Shown: piece after piece, positions 34,051 to 47,639 of the stretch | Layout of the letters: each line of letters begins with the position of its first letter | How positions within the stretch are numbered: position 1 is the first letter of the stretch | Source of the DNA: Heptranchias perlo | Taxonomy: Eukaryota | Length of the DNA: 64,000 nucleotides | Assembly (NCBI RefSeq): GCF_035084215.1 | Contig: NC_090328.1 | Coordinates: 56,544,001 to 56,608,000, forward strand | Direction: 5' to 3' | Translations under genes and position numbers: made by a program | Notes under the pieces: model-generated | Seen by the model: the letters and a program-made list of their open reading frames with translations, nothing else | What the model was told of the DNA's origin: nothing | Database searches by the model: none

Positions 34051-37000
34051 TAAAATTTACATTAAAACTTGTTTTCTTCCATCACCTATTTTCTGATTGA
34101 CTACAAAGCAGCTCCAGAGGCATACCGATCAGATATCTCTATCCACAATTTCATTGCTACAACTGAAAGGAATTTGGTTTACTTCTAATCTGGTGTACCT
34201 GTTATTTTTTTCTAGTAACATCAACATTGTGAAGCTGTGATTGTTCCATAATATTAAGTTGGCTTCCTTTTTAATAGGTTCCCTACAAAAATTGCTGGGT
34301 TCAGTGCCTGGGTAAATCTGAGCTTTCTTATCACATTCGCAGAAAACTATCAAATTATGATGTTTGAAGATTAATGTTCAACTCATGTTGAATTGTTCCA
34401 CAAAAGATGGGACCAGTGAAATTATATTTTGTGCTGTAATTATCCAGGCAAGTTCAAACCTTAACAAATATATAGTACTGGCTTTTTGGACTCTTGAACC
34501 TTTACTCGTGGAATTTCATAAGTTATGTCAAGTCTACAGCACAGAAACAGGCCATTCGGCCCAACTGGTCTGTGCCGGTGTTTATGCTCCACACGTTCCG
34601 CCCCCCACCCCTCTTCATTTAACCCTATCGGCATATCCTTCCGTTCCTTTCTCCCTTGTGCTTATCTAGCTTCCCCTTAGAATTATAGAATCATAGGAAG
34701 GTTACAGGATGGGATGAGGCCATTTGGCCCATCGAGTCCGTGCTGGCTCTATGCAAAAGCCATCCAGCTAGTTCCACTCCCCCGCCCTTTCCCCGTAGCC
34801 CTGCAAATTTTTTCCTTTCATGTACTTATCCAGTTAAATGCATCTATGCTGCTCAACTACTCCTTGTGGTAGCACGATACACATTCTTGCCACTCTTTGG
34901 GTAAAGACGTGTCTCCTGAATTTCCTATTGGATTTATTAGTGACTGTCTTATATTTATGACCTCTAGTTCTGGACTCCCCCCACGAGTGGAAACATCATC
35001 TCTACGTCTACTCTATCAAACCCCTTCATTATCTTAAAGATCTCTATCCAGTCACCCCTAAGCTGTCTCTTTTCTAGAGAAAAGAGCTCCAGCCTGTTCA
35101 GCCTTTCCTGATAAGTATATCATCCTTGTGAATATTTTTTGCACCTTCTCCGATGCCTCGATATCCTTTTTATAATATGGAGACCAGAACTGGTTCACAG
35201 TACTCCAAATGTGGTCTAACCAAAGTTCTATACAAGTTTAGCATAACTTCTCTGCTTTTCAATTCTATCCCTCTAGAAATGAGCCCCAGCACTTGGTTTG
35301 CCTTTTTTTTTGGCCTTATTAACCTGTGTCACTTCTTTGTGATTTGTGTAACTGTACCCTATAATCCTTTTGCTCCTCTACCTCATTTAGACTTACTATC
35401 CAAGCAGTATGTGGCCTCGTTATTCTTCCTACCAAAATGCACCACCTCATACTTAATCTATATTGAAATTCATTTGCCAATTACATGCCAATTCTGCAAG
35501 TTAATTAATATCCTCTTGTATTTTGTTGCATTCTTCCTTCGTATTAACTATGCCCTCCAACTTGGTGTCGCAGCAAATTTTGAAATTGTATTTCCAAATC
35601 CGGAGTCCATATCGTTAATGTAAATTGTGAGCAACAGTGGTCCCAGCACCGATCTCTGGAACACCACTTTCCATCTTTTGCCAGTCTGAGTAGCTACCTG
35701 TAACCCCATCTCTCTTTTCTGTTCTGTAACCAGCTTGCTATCCATTCTGCTACTTTTTCCCCTAACTCCAGATGCTATGACCTTAGTCATGAGTCCACAA
35801 TGTGGTACCTTAATGAAGGCATTTTGAAAATCCAGAAATATTTCATCAACTGTATTATCCTTGTCTACTCTTTCTGTTACCACTTCAAAGAATTCAATAA
35901 GTTTGGTCAAGCATGACTTTCTCTTCTGAAATCGTGCTGAGTACTCTTGTTATATTTTCGTTTTCTAGATGTTTTTCTATTGCATCTTTGAGTAAAGATT
36001 CCTTTATCTTTCCTACCACCGATGTTAAGCTAACTGGTCTATAGTTCCCTGGCTTTGTTCTGTCTCCCTTTTTAAATATAGGAGTAACATTAGCTGTCTG
36101 CCAGTCCTTTGGTACAATTCCCATTTGTAATGATTTTTTATAAATATATACAATAGTGCCTCTGCTATCTCTTCCCTAACTTTTAATATGCGTGGATGCA
36201 ATCCAGGGGTTTTATCCTGTCTAAGTTTGATTAGCTTATCAATTATCTTTATATCTTTGTTGATCTCTTCTAATGTCACGCCCACCTTGTTAGTCTCCCT
36301 GGTAAATACTGAGGCAAAGTAATTATTCAATATTGCTGCCATTTCGCTGTCATTACCTGTGAGTTTATCTTGTGCATCCCTTGATGGCCCTATCCTCATC
36401 CTGATTTTTCTTTTGTTATTTATGTGCCTTTAGAATACTTTATTATTTATTTTTATATTCCTTGGTAATTTAATTTTGTAGTACCTGTTTGCTTTCCTAA
36501 TTTTTTTTTACTACTTTTCTAACCTCTTCATATTCCCTTTTGTCATCCTTTTCTTTGTTGTCTATGTACTTAGTTTCAATTTTACCCTTATCTCTTTATT
36601 ATTCCATGATGTTTCTTTATTGGCTAGTTTGTTCTTGTTTTTTAGAGGAATATATTTCTTCTGAACTCTATTGATCATTGTTTTAAATATTTTCCAATGC
36701 TGTTCTATCTGTCATTTTTTCCCCAGTTTACCTTCCTTGGTTTCATGCTCATCCACTCAAAATTAGCTTTTTTCCAATCTATTACTTTGGTCTTTGCCTT
36801 ACTTATGTCTTTCTCAATCATTATTTTAATCCTTATTATGTTGTAATTGCTATTGCCTAGATGTTCCCCAACGCTTACATCCCTTATCTGCTCTGATTCA
36901 TTTCCCATTACTCGATCTAGCAGTGATTCCTCTCTTTTTGGGCTTCTCACTTACTGGGTAATAAAGGAGTCCTGTACACACTGTAAAAACTACATTCCAT

Positions 37001-37089
37001 TGTCCCCTTTCCCTACCTCTTGCTAGTTTATTTGGGCGTAGTTGAAATCTCCCATGAATAATAATAATGAACATTGAATAATTTTTTTT

Positions 37090-37256
37090 GTCAAAATCCT
37101 GGAACTCCCTTCCTAACAGCACTGTGGGAGAACCTTCACCACACGGACTGCAGCGGTTCAAGAAGGCGGCTCACCACCTTCTCAGGCAATTAGGGGTGGG
37201 CAATAAATGCTGGCCTCGCCAGCGCGCCCATATCCCATGAATGCATAAAAAAGAAA
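37090..37256 (+). mobile_element. Family-B LINE 3' tail nested in CR1
   Basis: GTCAAAATCCTGGAACTCCCT...GGGCAATAAATGCTGGCC...ATGCATAAAAAA matches 27005-27174. Confidence 0.9.
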
Positions 37257-37418
37257 ATTATTATTCAATGTTTTTTTTACTCCTTTCATAGATTTGCCAA
37301 CATATTTCTTCCTCCACTTCCCTTCCACAGTTAGGTGGTCCGTAGAATATACCTATTAATGTGATCGATCCCTTCTTATCCTTTGGTCAATCCATATGGA
37401 TTCTGTTTCTATCTTATT

Positions 37419-38169
37419 GGGACAGAAATTGCTTGTGAAAACAACAGTGCTCATTATTGCGAGTGGCAAAATGCAGGTGTAAGTTTCGGCGTTCGCACAT
37501 GTGCAGTGAAACGTGGAAATCAAGAACTTGCTCCTACTGTTTCGCAAGCGGTATGACTTGAATTAAAGGTATATCATCGGCTGCTATCGGTGAAATCATT
37601 GAAAAAGCGCTAACTTGCTCACCTCAGCTGCAAAGTAACTAATATTACCACAAAACAGGTACGCTTAAAAAATACCAGTCTAAAATAAGTTTTAATAGCA
37701 TGGTAAGTCTTAATGACTGCCAAACAACTAAAAGTTAACTTTTAAAAATGTGGAGTCTCATTACTCCTTTTAATAGTTTTTGGTCATTTTTTTAAAAAAA
37801 AAGAATTTTTACTTTTCCCCTCTCTCTTTTATTCAGTTTAGTTATTTCTTGCCCTCTCTCTCTTTTCGATGTCTATAACTGTTTTTACAATGATTTTAAT
37901 GTACCTTTCACTTCCTGGTTTTCACATTCCAAGCCTGCAGAGACAGTTAACACAGCTTGTCAAAAATGCTGCAATTCTGATTGGTCGAGGGGAGAGTGTG
38001 ATCCTCTCGCTTCTCCCACAGGTCCTAGCTTCGCTTGAACTGACGCTGGGTTCTCCACCACTTCCTATTCGAGGAAGTGCCCGAAGTAAAGACCGCGGTA
38101 AGTTAGTGGGTTAGTATAAATCAATGGAGTGGGCGAGCAGTGTTCGCCGCTCCGAGCAATTTCTGCCCC
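37419..38169. mobile_element. Non-autonomous DNA transposon (MITE; Harbinger-like termini)
   Basis: 15-bp TIRs GGGACAGAAATTGCT / AGCAATTTCTGCCCC (1 mismatch); the host CR1 resumes on both sides. Confidence 0.8.
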
Positions 38170-38914
38170 ATGTCCCTTTTTTCTACTGCCATTATGTTGT
38201 CTCTAATTAGTACAGCTACCCCACCCCTCTTCTCCAACCTTTCTAAATAAGTTATATCCTGCAATATTTAACTGCCAGTCCTGTTCTTTATGTAACCATG
38301 CCTCAGTTATCCCTACTACATCTGGCTCCTCACTACGAAATATTACCTCCAGGTTCCTCCATTTTGTTTCAGATGCTGTGCATGTTGCTGCACAGGCAAT
38401 TTAAATTATTTTTAATAATTGTTTCCCTCGCTTTATTTTTCAGTCATTTTGTACTTATGTTCCAAACTGTATTTGTTCTCTGACCGTTTGTTACCCTTAT
38501 TCCTTGCTTTGGTCTGACCTTTACTCTCATCTCCTATTTCTTTTATCTTCAGACTAGTTTTATTAGTTTGAAGTCCTATCCACAGCTCTATTTGTCCTTT
38601 CCGCTAGATCACTGGTCCCATTCCAATTCAGGTGGAGCCCATCCCCGCAGTACAGCTCCTTCCTATCCTTGTACTGGTGCCGAGTAAATTTATACTTGTA
38701 ATCATTCATATTGCACACCTATGACAAACGGATGATGCTATTCATGCTTGCTAACAAAATGGCTTTCTGAAAGGATAAATACAAATTTGGAAGTTTTTCA
38801 ATAAATTTTGAACATTCTGTCGGATTGCCTATTATTTCAATTAGTGCCCTAGGTGTACAATTGTGCTTCCAGTACCATAGTCTCAATTGTCTCCCCTTTT
38901 TCTTTACTTCATAG

Positions 38915-39050
38915 AATGAAAAAGATTTTAATTCTCTTGAGCCTTGGCTTATAAAGGAAATGGATGCTTGTCTCTCAGACATCTGGCTGCACAAAGATGT
39001 TGATGCTTTTGCCCAACTCTTTCATCTCATATTAAGTGAAAACGTCAGTG
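38915..39050 (+). CDS. YTHDC2: YTHDC2 coding exon 10
   Basis: NEKDFNSLEPWLIKEMDACLSDIWLHKDVDAFAQLFHLILSENVS; 136 nt. Confidence 0.96.
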
Positions 39051-40957
39051 GTGAGTTTTCTTTTTAGGGTAAGTTTTTTGAGTGTATGCCAGCAGCAAGC
39101 TGCCTTCCTTCCCTCCAGTGAACATTAGAAAATTGTGGGTGCTGTGCTCACAAACCTCCAATCCGCACCGGCGGTGGTTTAGTACAAGCCGTGGCCTCGT
39201 GCTCAAGATTTAGGCTTTTGTCTTATCCTTTTTGTTTTAGTAAAATATTTACTTAAATGTCATCATTAATTTTATTACTAAATGAAGAGGATACATAACA
39301 CAACTTTATCATGGATTTATTTGCAAGATATATTGCCATGTTTTCTGTTTCATGTACCCACTTTTTGATTTATCAAAGTAAATGTGAAATCAATTTTTCT
39401 AAAAGAGCAAACTCAATGCAACCTTACATAAGGAATTGCTATAATGCACAATAGAAGCAGTATGTTAAAAATGGAAGTAATTATGCATTAACATTGTGCA
39501 CAGAATGTTTAGATACAAGTTTTCCGTATGTGCATAATTTAAACTGAAATAGATGTTCAGTTAAAATTTTAATTGATTTTCTTATTGGCTGTAGAATCAT
39601 AACTTTACAAACAATTTAGATCAGAAAAATAGTTTCTCTGTATCCACCCTATCAAATCCCTTTATCATTTTAAACAACTCAATTAGATCTTATAAACGCA
39701 AGGAAATACAGCTAAGTTTAGTTGTTGCAGTTTATGCGACCTGTCCTCATAATTAAACCCTTTACGCCCCTGTGGTTCAGTGCCCAAAACTTAATAAGCC
39801 ATGATATTGTGAAGTATGTAATTTTCTTATGTTGCAAACCTTATTTTGTGCATTATAAATTTCAGTTCCTGAACAAAATATGGCAGGCAAAAAAAAAAAA
39901 ATTTCAAAAGCATTTTGACTGACTCGATTGAATGGAGATCAAATTTCTTTTATTGGTAGGTTCTCCTGACTGCTCTTTCAGAATTGGTTGTTACTATAAG
40001 TTCTTGGTAGCTTATCACTGGTAGTTTTCTAGCCACTGCCTTCACTTTTATTTATACGTGACCTACATCTTCAGTTTTCATTTGCTGCTGTTTCACTTTG
40101 AGCCAATTGATGAAGTGTGATAGCAAATGTATGATGGTGAAAAGGTGACATTAACAGAAAATAAGTGTGATACCTACACATACAAGAATATATATGTGGA
40201 GTGTGTATTGTTCTGGGGAAATTGAGTTTTTTGTGTCACCTGTAATTATACTTTGATCAAGTATTTCCTAGATTTAAATAAACTTAGCTACTGGCTGTGA
40301 AGGCTTAAAATCCATAGTAAGAACTGCTGTCCTGTATTAACTTCGACAATCAATGCTTAATGCCATGGTCTGTAAAAGCTCAACACATTTGTGAGGAACT
40401 TAACATTTGCATAGGACTGACAGCTGCAGCTAAGACCAGAGTTTTAGATTCCAAACCATAATCCAATTAGAACGTAGATTATCGTAAATTAAATTATTTT
40501 ATATTTAAAAGCTGACTGTTCCATAATTGCGATTGTCTGATATTTCTAAGTTATTCTGTTATTTTTCTTACCTCTTGAATGGCACTGTGCTATGCATCAT
40601 ATGTAGCTGAGAACACAGGCTAGAGATCTGCTTCTTTCCCTCTGCCGTTGTGCCTTTGTACTAGAGGGTGGCAAGAAGTTACTGAAGGTCAGATTTTGCC
40701 ATCTTGTGGGCAAGTGCCTTGCTTCCCTATTGCATCAGCTTCCCATTATGGTATGGCTTTATTTTTTAAAAAATAAGGTGTTGATAAATATGCAGAGGAT
40801 GCCAGTAGTAGACACATCTCTGCAATAACATCTTATGTGCTTAATACATTTTGTTAAAGCACTAAGACAAATTTCATAGCTGGTATTTGGATGGTTTTAT
40901 TAAGCTATAATTCTATTATATATCAATCTCTATCCAAATGAGTGTTGCTATTTTCAG

Positions 40958-41084
40958 TTGACTACAGGCACAGTGAAACCAGTGCTACTCCATTAATGAT
41001 AGCTGCAGGCCGGGGCTTCCTCAGTCAAGTGGAACAATTACTCAGCATGGGAGCAAATGTCAATGTTAAGGCTTCAAATGGCTG
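40958..41084 (+). CDS. YTHDC2: YTHDC2 coding exon 11 (ankyrin repeat)
   Basis: VDYRHSETSATPLMIAAGRGFLSQVEQLLSMGANVNVKASNG; 127 nt. Confidence 0.97.
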
Positions 41085-42217
41085 GTAAGGAAACTGGTTT
41101 CTTTCTTTACATATAATGATTATATTTTGATTTAAAATGTGTGCCTTATTCAGTCAAATTAACCAAACACCGTGTCTGTTGATAGATTGGTTGAAGCTTG
41201 TTCCTGAATTGGAGATGATCTGAATATGGATTCTGTTTTTATGGTACTTTTCCAGCCTAGTGAAGATAATTATACTGCAGTTAGTATTTTAATAAACTGA
41301 AAGTTGATAGTTTAGCAGAGAGCAAATACTTCCAATCATATAATCAGGAGTTTGCAAAATTGGGCCTTGGGGCACCCAGACAAATCTGCTAGCCTAATGT
41401 GACAGGTTTTGTCAGTTGTCCGCTGTGGGAAAGAGAAACTTTCTGCTTTTCATTAAATTCTTAGTTTGTTATTAGAATTGTTTAGAAAAGATATTTTCTG
41501 GAATATTTCAGAATATGCAGTATGCCATCAGCTTGAAGCTAAAACTGGTGTCAGCATTGTTTTTGGATGCGTATACAAATATAGCTAGTTCCTTTATCAA
41601 TGGAACAACTTCCTTCAATAATTTGAAGGTGTGATGTTATAGCAATAACACATGCACTATTTGAGAAATTGAATGTAGTCTACACTCCTGTCAGTTTGTC
41701 TGGCCTGTCCTCCATTCCCTGGTAATGAACACGTATGTTATTGACATGGAAGTGCCTCCATTAATTTTTTTAAGACTCCTTGCATACATATGCTTAAAAA
41801 ATGCATCCGCTTTAGTTCTTACATAAAAAGAAATTGATCAACGGTCCACTTATAACTCTAAAATGTTAGTTTACAAATATACTTCCTAAAACAATTTTGC
41901 AACTATAGATTACTAGTCTCAAGAATTTCAAAGTAAACACTTGTTGAAAGAAACTTGGCCAGCTAAAACAGTCAAGAATAAGTTGAATGACTTTTAATTG
42001 GTCTGAATACAGGTCCAACAAAGTTTGGGCTTTGATTCCTCTCTTTGTACTGATGAATATGACTTATGCTAATGGTTATGTATTTCAGCGCTGAGATTAC
42101 ATCAAGAAACTTTCCTTTAGAATGTTTTACTCAGGGAGGGCGGGGTGGACTTTGAAACTAGCTATATAGTGTACCACTTATACTTAAAAATAAATTACAT
42201 TTTTTCAATATTTCCAG

Positions 42218-42283
42218 GATAGCTTTGGACTGGGCTAAACGGTTTGGTCAAACTGAGATTATAGATCTACTAGAATCTTTCAA
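42218..42283 (+). CDS. YTHDC2: YTHDC2 coding exon 12 (ankyrin repeat)
   Basis: WIALDWAKRFGQTEIIDLLESF; 66 nt. Confidence 0.96.
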
Positions 42284-42863
42284 GTAAGTACAGAAATGGT
42301 AATTAGCTGTATTTGCCACATGACTTTGAATAATGAATCTATTAATCACATTAAAAGAAGGGGGAAAACCCATTTGAAGAAAAAGTATTGCATTAAAATT
42401 AGCTCTTTTTCAGTCTTAGAGAATGTGTGCACGCTTCAAGATGATGAATGATGATAGTGTCGGGAATGGAACACTTCCATTTTAGGCACTGAGTGTCAGC
42501 ACAATCATCTGCAGAGTGAAACTCCCTCCATATTGCCTGAACAATGTGTGTTAGCCCTCAACTTTAACAGAACATCCCTATTGCACAATGTGGTATTTCT
42601 ATTTGCTGTATCAGGCATATTTGTTGTCTCCGAGTGAGATTGCTAGTATCAAATTAGGTGCAGTTCTGTGCTGGCTCATTGTGCTGTATTCAGTCCTTGT
42701 CTTAGTATTTAAATAAAATGCTTTATGTACTTATGACTCTGTGTGTAAACATTGTACTGAAGTTCCAACTACAGGTAGAGAAAATGTTTTTAAGTAGCTT
42801 AAATAGTTTATATAGGTTGCTAATATTAAGCAGCTTGCTAAAATGTTAATTTTTGCACCCAAG

Positions 42864-43042
42864 TTCTTCAGTGGAAATAGGAAATCTGGATGAGTGTGTC
42901 CTGGTGCAGTCAGACGGTGGAGAATTAAGTCAAGAAGACAAAGAAATTCTGAGCATCTACCACCACAGCTTTGATGATGAGAAAGTTGACCTGGATCTGA
43001 TTATGCACCTTCTTTATAACATCTTTCAGAGTTCCGATGATG
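42864..43042 (+). CDS. YTHDC2: YTHDC2 coding exon 13
   Basis: SSVEIGNLDE...YHHSFDDEKVDLDLIMHLLYNIFQSSDD; AAG| acceptor fixed by phase; 179 nt. Confidence 0.94.
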
Positions 43043-43209
43043 GTAAGTAAAGACATTGGTTTGAACGTTTCTTTTTGGATTTCTTTTCAAACTGATTGTT
43101 TACCAAGCTAAATTTTTTTTGCGTAATTTAATTTCAGCTGCTGCATGCATTACATCTAGTCCTATATGTTCAAATTGGAATGGAGAAAATTTAGAAATAT
43201 CTGAATATT

Positions 43210-43485
43210 AGATAGAATTTGCAGCATAGAAACAGGCTATTTGGTGTTTATGCTCCACATGAGCCTCCTCCCACTTCTCTTCATCCAACTCTAGCAGCAT
43301 AACCTTCTATTCCTTTCTCCTTCTTGTGTTTATCTAGCTTTCCCTTAAATGCATCTACGCCAGTCGCATCAACTACTCCTTGTGGTAGCGAGCTCCATAT
43401 TATAACCACTCTCGGGTTAAGAAATTTCTCCTGAATTCCCTATTGGATTTATTAATGGCTATCTTAGATTGATGACCTTTAGTTT
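43210..43485 (-). mobile_element. CR1 3' end fragment
   Basis: Matches 34530-34970 and the reverse complement of 14250-14620. Confidence 0.8.
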
Positions 43486-43677
43486 TGGAATATATCTGTT
43501 TGCCTGTTCTGTTTGCTTTTTGAGCATAAAATTTGCTCGTAATCACATGTTGCCTTTTAAAAGGTTTGCAAAGTTAGTAAGCAATAAAAAAATGTTTAGC
43601 ATCACAAACCATTTATTAGTTGAGAGGGTGGGAAGATGTCCCGCTTCTAGGCCTTTTGTAAACCAGGTCATTAGGCG

Positions 43678-44641
43678 GCATAGTATCATAGTAGGTGCAG
43701 CACAGGAGATGGCCATTCGTCCCATCGTGCCTGTGCTGGTTCTTTGAAAGAGCTATCCAATTAGTCCCATTCCCCTGCTTTTACCTCATAGCCTTGTATT
43801 TTTTTTCCTTCAAGTATTTATCCAATTCCCTTTTGAAAGTTACTATTGATTCTGCTTCCACCACCCTTTCAGGCAGTGCATTCCAGATAATTACAACTTG
43901 CTGCATAAAAAAAAAGTTTCCTCATGTTGCCTCTGGCTCTTTTGCTGATCACCTTAAATCTGTGTCCTCTGGTTACCGACCCTTCTGCCACTGGAAACAG
44001 TTTCTTGTTATTTACTCTATCAAAACCGTTCATGATTTTGAATGCCTCTAGCAAATCTCCCTTAACCTTCTCTGTTCTAAGGAGAACAACCCCAGCTTCT
44101 CCAATCTCTCCACATAACTGGAGTCCCTCATCCCTGGTACCATTCTAGTAAATCTCTTCTGCAACATCTCTAAGGCATTGATATCTTGCCTAAAGTGTGG
44201 TGCCCAGAATTGAACACAATACTCTAGCTGAGGCCTAACCAGTGATTTATAAAGGTTTAACTTAACTTCCTTACTTTTGTACGCTATGCCTCTATTAATA
44301 AAGCCCAGGATCCTATATGCTTTTTTAAACAGTCTTCTCAACTTGTTCTGCCACCTTCATAGATTTGTGTACCTACACCTCCAGGTCTCTCTGTCCCTGT
44401 GCTCCCTTTAAAATTGCACCATTTATTTTATATTGCCTCTCCTCATTCGTCCTACCAAAATGCATCACTTCATACTTCACGCTCTCAGCATTAAATTTCA
44501 CCTGCCATGTGTCTGCCCATTTCACCAGTCCGTCTATGTCCTCCTGAAGTCTGTTACTATCCTCCACGTTGTTTACATTTCTGAGTTTTGTGTTATCTGC
44601 AAACTTTGAAATTATACCCTCTATATCCAAGTCCAGGTCAG

Positions 44642-44680
<39 letters not shown>

Positions 44681-46570
44681 TGTGCGTGCGCCCGCCCGCC
44701 CGTCCGTCCGTCCATCCAGCCAGCCAACAGTGGTCCTACGACTGACCCCTGGGGAGCACCACTGTATACTCCCTCCAGTCTGAAAAACAACCGTGCACCA
44801 CTACTCTGCGTTCTGTCCCTTAGCAAATGTCCCTTGAATCCCACGGGCTTTAATTTTGCTAACACGTCTATTAAATGGTGTTTTATCAAATGCCTTCTGA
44901 AAGTCCATGTACATATCAACCGCACTATCCTCATCAATCCTCTGATACTTCATCAAAGAACTCAATCAAGTTAGTCAAACATACTTTTCCAAGTACTAAT
45001 TTATTTTGTCCCAGCTTATTGTCTCAAAGTTTCCCCGCAACCGACTTTGGGGTGACGGGCCTGTAATTGCCGGGTTTATCCCTTTCCCCTTTATTGAACA
45101 GGGATGTAACATTTGCAATTCTCCAGCCTGTCCCCACATCTAAGGAGGATTAGAAGATTGTGGCCAGAGCCTCTGCAATTTCCATCCTTATTTCCCTCAG
45201 TAACCTAGGATGCATCCCATCTGGATCGGGTTTCTTTTCTACTTTGAATACTGCCAATCTTTTAAGTACCTTCTCTTTATTTTTATCCTATCCAATATCA
45301 CTACTACCTCCTCCTTTACTGCTACATTGGCAGCATCCTCTTCTCTAGTGAAGACAGATGTGAAGTATTCATCTTTGGATGCGAGGCATTAATCTTTGGA
45401 TGCTCTTCCTTTCCACCTCTTAGGAATGTGTCTATTCTGTACCTGAACCAACTCTTTCTTGAAGGCCTTCCATTGTACGATTACTGTTTTGCCTACCCAT
45501 TTTTGATTCCAATCCACCAGGGCAAGATCCCTTTTTAACTCACTGAAATTAGCCCCCCTCCAGTTAAGTATTTTCACATTTGATTGTTCCTTTTCATTTT
45601 CCATAACTATTGTAAACCTAATGATATTATGATCCCTGGTCCTCAAATGTTCTCCTGCTGAAATATGCTCCACCTGCCCCACTTCATTCCCCAGAACTAG
45701 ATCCAGCACTGCTTCCTTCCTTAGGCTGGAAAGTTCTCTTGTACACATTTCAGTAATTCCTCCCTCTCTTTGCCGTTTACACTGTTACTATCCCAGTCTA
45801 TATTGGGATCATTGAAGTTCCCCATTATCGCTACTCTATAGTTCTTGCATCTTTTTGTAATTTGCCTGCAAATTTGCTCCTCCATCTCCTTCCCATTATA
45901 GCACTAGTGTAAAGAATAGTTCCGAAATAGGAGGGATCAGACGGAGCAAATACGAGGCAATCTAAGATGAGTTTAGAGTGCATGTGCGTAAATGCAAGTA
46001 GTGTGATAAATAAGGTTGGTTCCCATTATTTGGTGGCCTATAGCTCCTCTTTTGTTCCTTAATTCTAACCAAATAGATTCTGTCTTTGACCCCTCAACTA
46101 TATCACCCCTTTCCAATGCTATGATAGTTTCTTTGATCAATAATGCACCCCCTCTTTTTTCCTTCCCTATCTTTCCTGAATACCTTGTAGCCAGGAATAT
46201 TAAGTAGCCAATCCTCCCCTTCTTTGAGTCAGGTCTCTATTATTGCCACTATATCATAGTCCCATGTGCCAACGTGAGCCTGCAGCTCACCAACCTTATT
46301 TACCATGTTACGTGCATTTACGCACATGCACTCCAATCTCACCTTAGATTGCCTCGCATTTGCTCCCTGTCTAATCCCTCCTATTTCTGAACTATTCTTT
46401 ACACTGGTGCTGTTTGCCTTCCCCAGTGCTCTATGCACCTTGTTTCTCCCCTCCAATGTTTCATCCTGGTGCCCACCCCCTGCCAAATTAATTTAAACCC
46501 TCCTCCACAGCACTAGTTAACCTCCCCATGAGGACATTGGTCCCAGCTCTGAAGAGGTGCAACCCAGCCA
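43678..46570 (-). mobile_element. Near full-length decayed CR1 ORF2
   Basis: LECMCVNARNMVNKVGELQA...DIVAIIET (APE start), LDLVLGNE, ISKFADNTKL, LYKSLVRPQLEYCVQFW; 3' tail at 43678. Confidence 0.92.
44645..44725. repeat. Compound microsatellite (TA)n(CA)n...(GCCC)n(GTCC)n(CAGC)n
   Basis: Directly visible inside the CR1. Confidence 0.95.
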
Positions 46571-47260
46571 TCTTAGACTGAGACAGCTTCTTAGATTGTC
46601 GCAAGTTGACTTGCTCTCATTTTTAAAAAAAATACGATGTACTTTTAAAATCTATTTTACCTCCCTCTTTCTGTAAAAGCAGCTTCCCTAGGCACTTTAG
46701 GTAAGATGGAGCAATCATGTTTTGGATGTTGTGGCTTGGAAATTCATCACTAGCAATGCATTAAACTAGAGCAAGTACACAGGAGCACTGGAACATTCTT
46801 GCCAGTAAGACTTTGTTCTTAATCTTAAAAGTTTGCAGGCTGTATTTTTCAATGAGTGGCTTTCAGATGCGGCTGGAGGAACAGGCACAAGTCGACCTTG
46901 ACATCGATTTTAAGGCCTGAGCTGTGACTGCTGGTGATTTGTGATGGCAGTAGTTGGGGCGGTAACCATTGCAGAAACGGGGAGAAAGTCCAGCAAGAGG
47001 ACACTGGTTGAGTCACGGTGAAAAACAGTGTTTCTTTGATCTACGCTTGTTCCTCACAGGCTGAGCCCATATTTTATCAACTTAGGAGATCAGACAGGAA
47101 AGAGAGTAACATTCTGTACTTATCAAAATTACAGGAATATTACTTTCCTGTATCATTCAATAGGATTTAGTAGTATAATAGTACATCCCCCTATGTTTTA
47201 TAAAATTACAATTACTAAAAAAAAGTATACTTTTAATGTGCCTTTACATTATATTTCTAG

Positions 47261-47357
47261 GAGCAGTTTTAATTTTTTTACCAGGATATGATGAAATTGT
47301 AGGACTCAGAGATCGGATTCTCTACGATGACAAAAGATTTGCAGATAATTCTCACAA
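47261..47357 (+). CDS. YTHDC2: YTHDC2 coding exon 14 (motif IV)
   Basis: GAVLIFLPGYDEIVGLRDRILYDDKRFADNSH; 97 nt. Confidence 0.97.
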
Positions 47358-47639
47358 GTAAGTTTTCAAAACATATATCAAGTACAATTTCTGTAATAGG
47401 AAGTTAAATGAATATTTATATAATTTATCAAAACTGTTTTCATTGTGCTCCAAAACAGTGTTCATTTACACATACTGTATATAGAAATTAGTCATGTTAT
47501 ATACAGTAGGTATCAATCAAATCAATACTAGAACTATATATTTATCATAAATATGTTTCACCATACCCACTCAACATCACCTTTTGCATGAAAATATTCT
47601 CAATTTTTTCCCTCTTGCCAACATAAAGTTTTAGAAGGT

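Larger units (their letters stand above)
34530..38680 (-). mobile_element. Long decayed CR1 (EN to RT to 3' end) carrying three nested insertions
   Basis: EESLLDRVMGNE...EHLGNSNYNII (EN), LNNYFASVFT, NYRPVSLTSVVGK, DFQNAFIKVPH; nested CR1 tail ~34680-34833, family-B tail and MITE. Confidence 0.88.
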
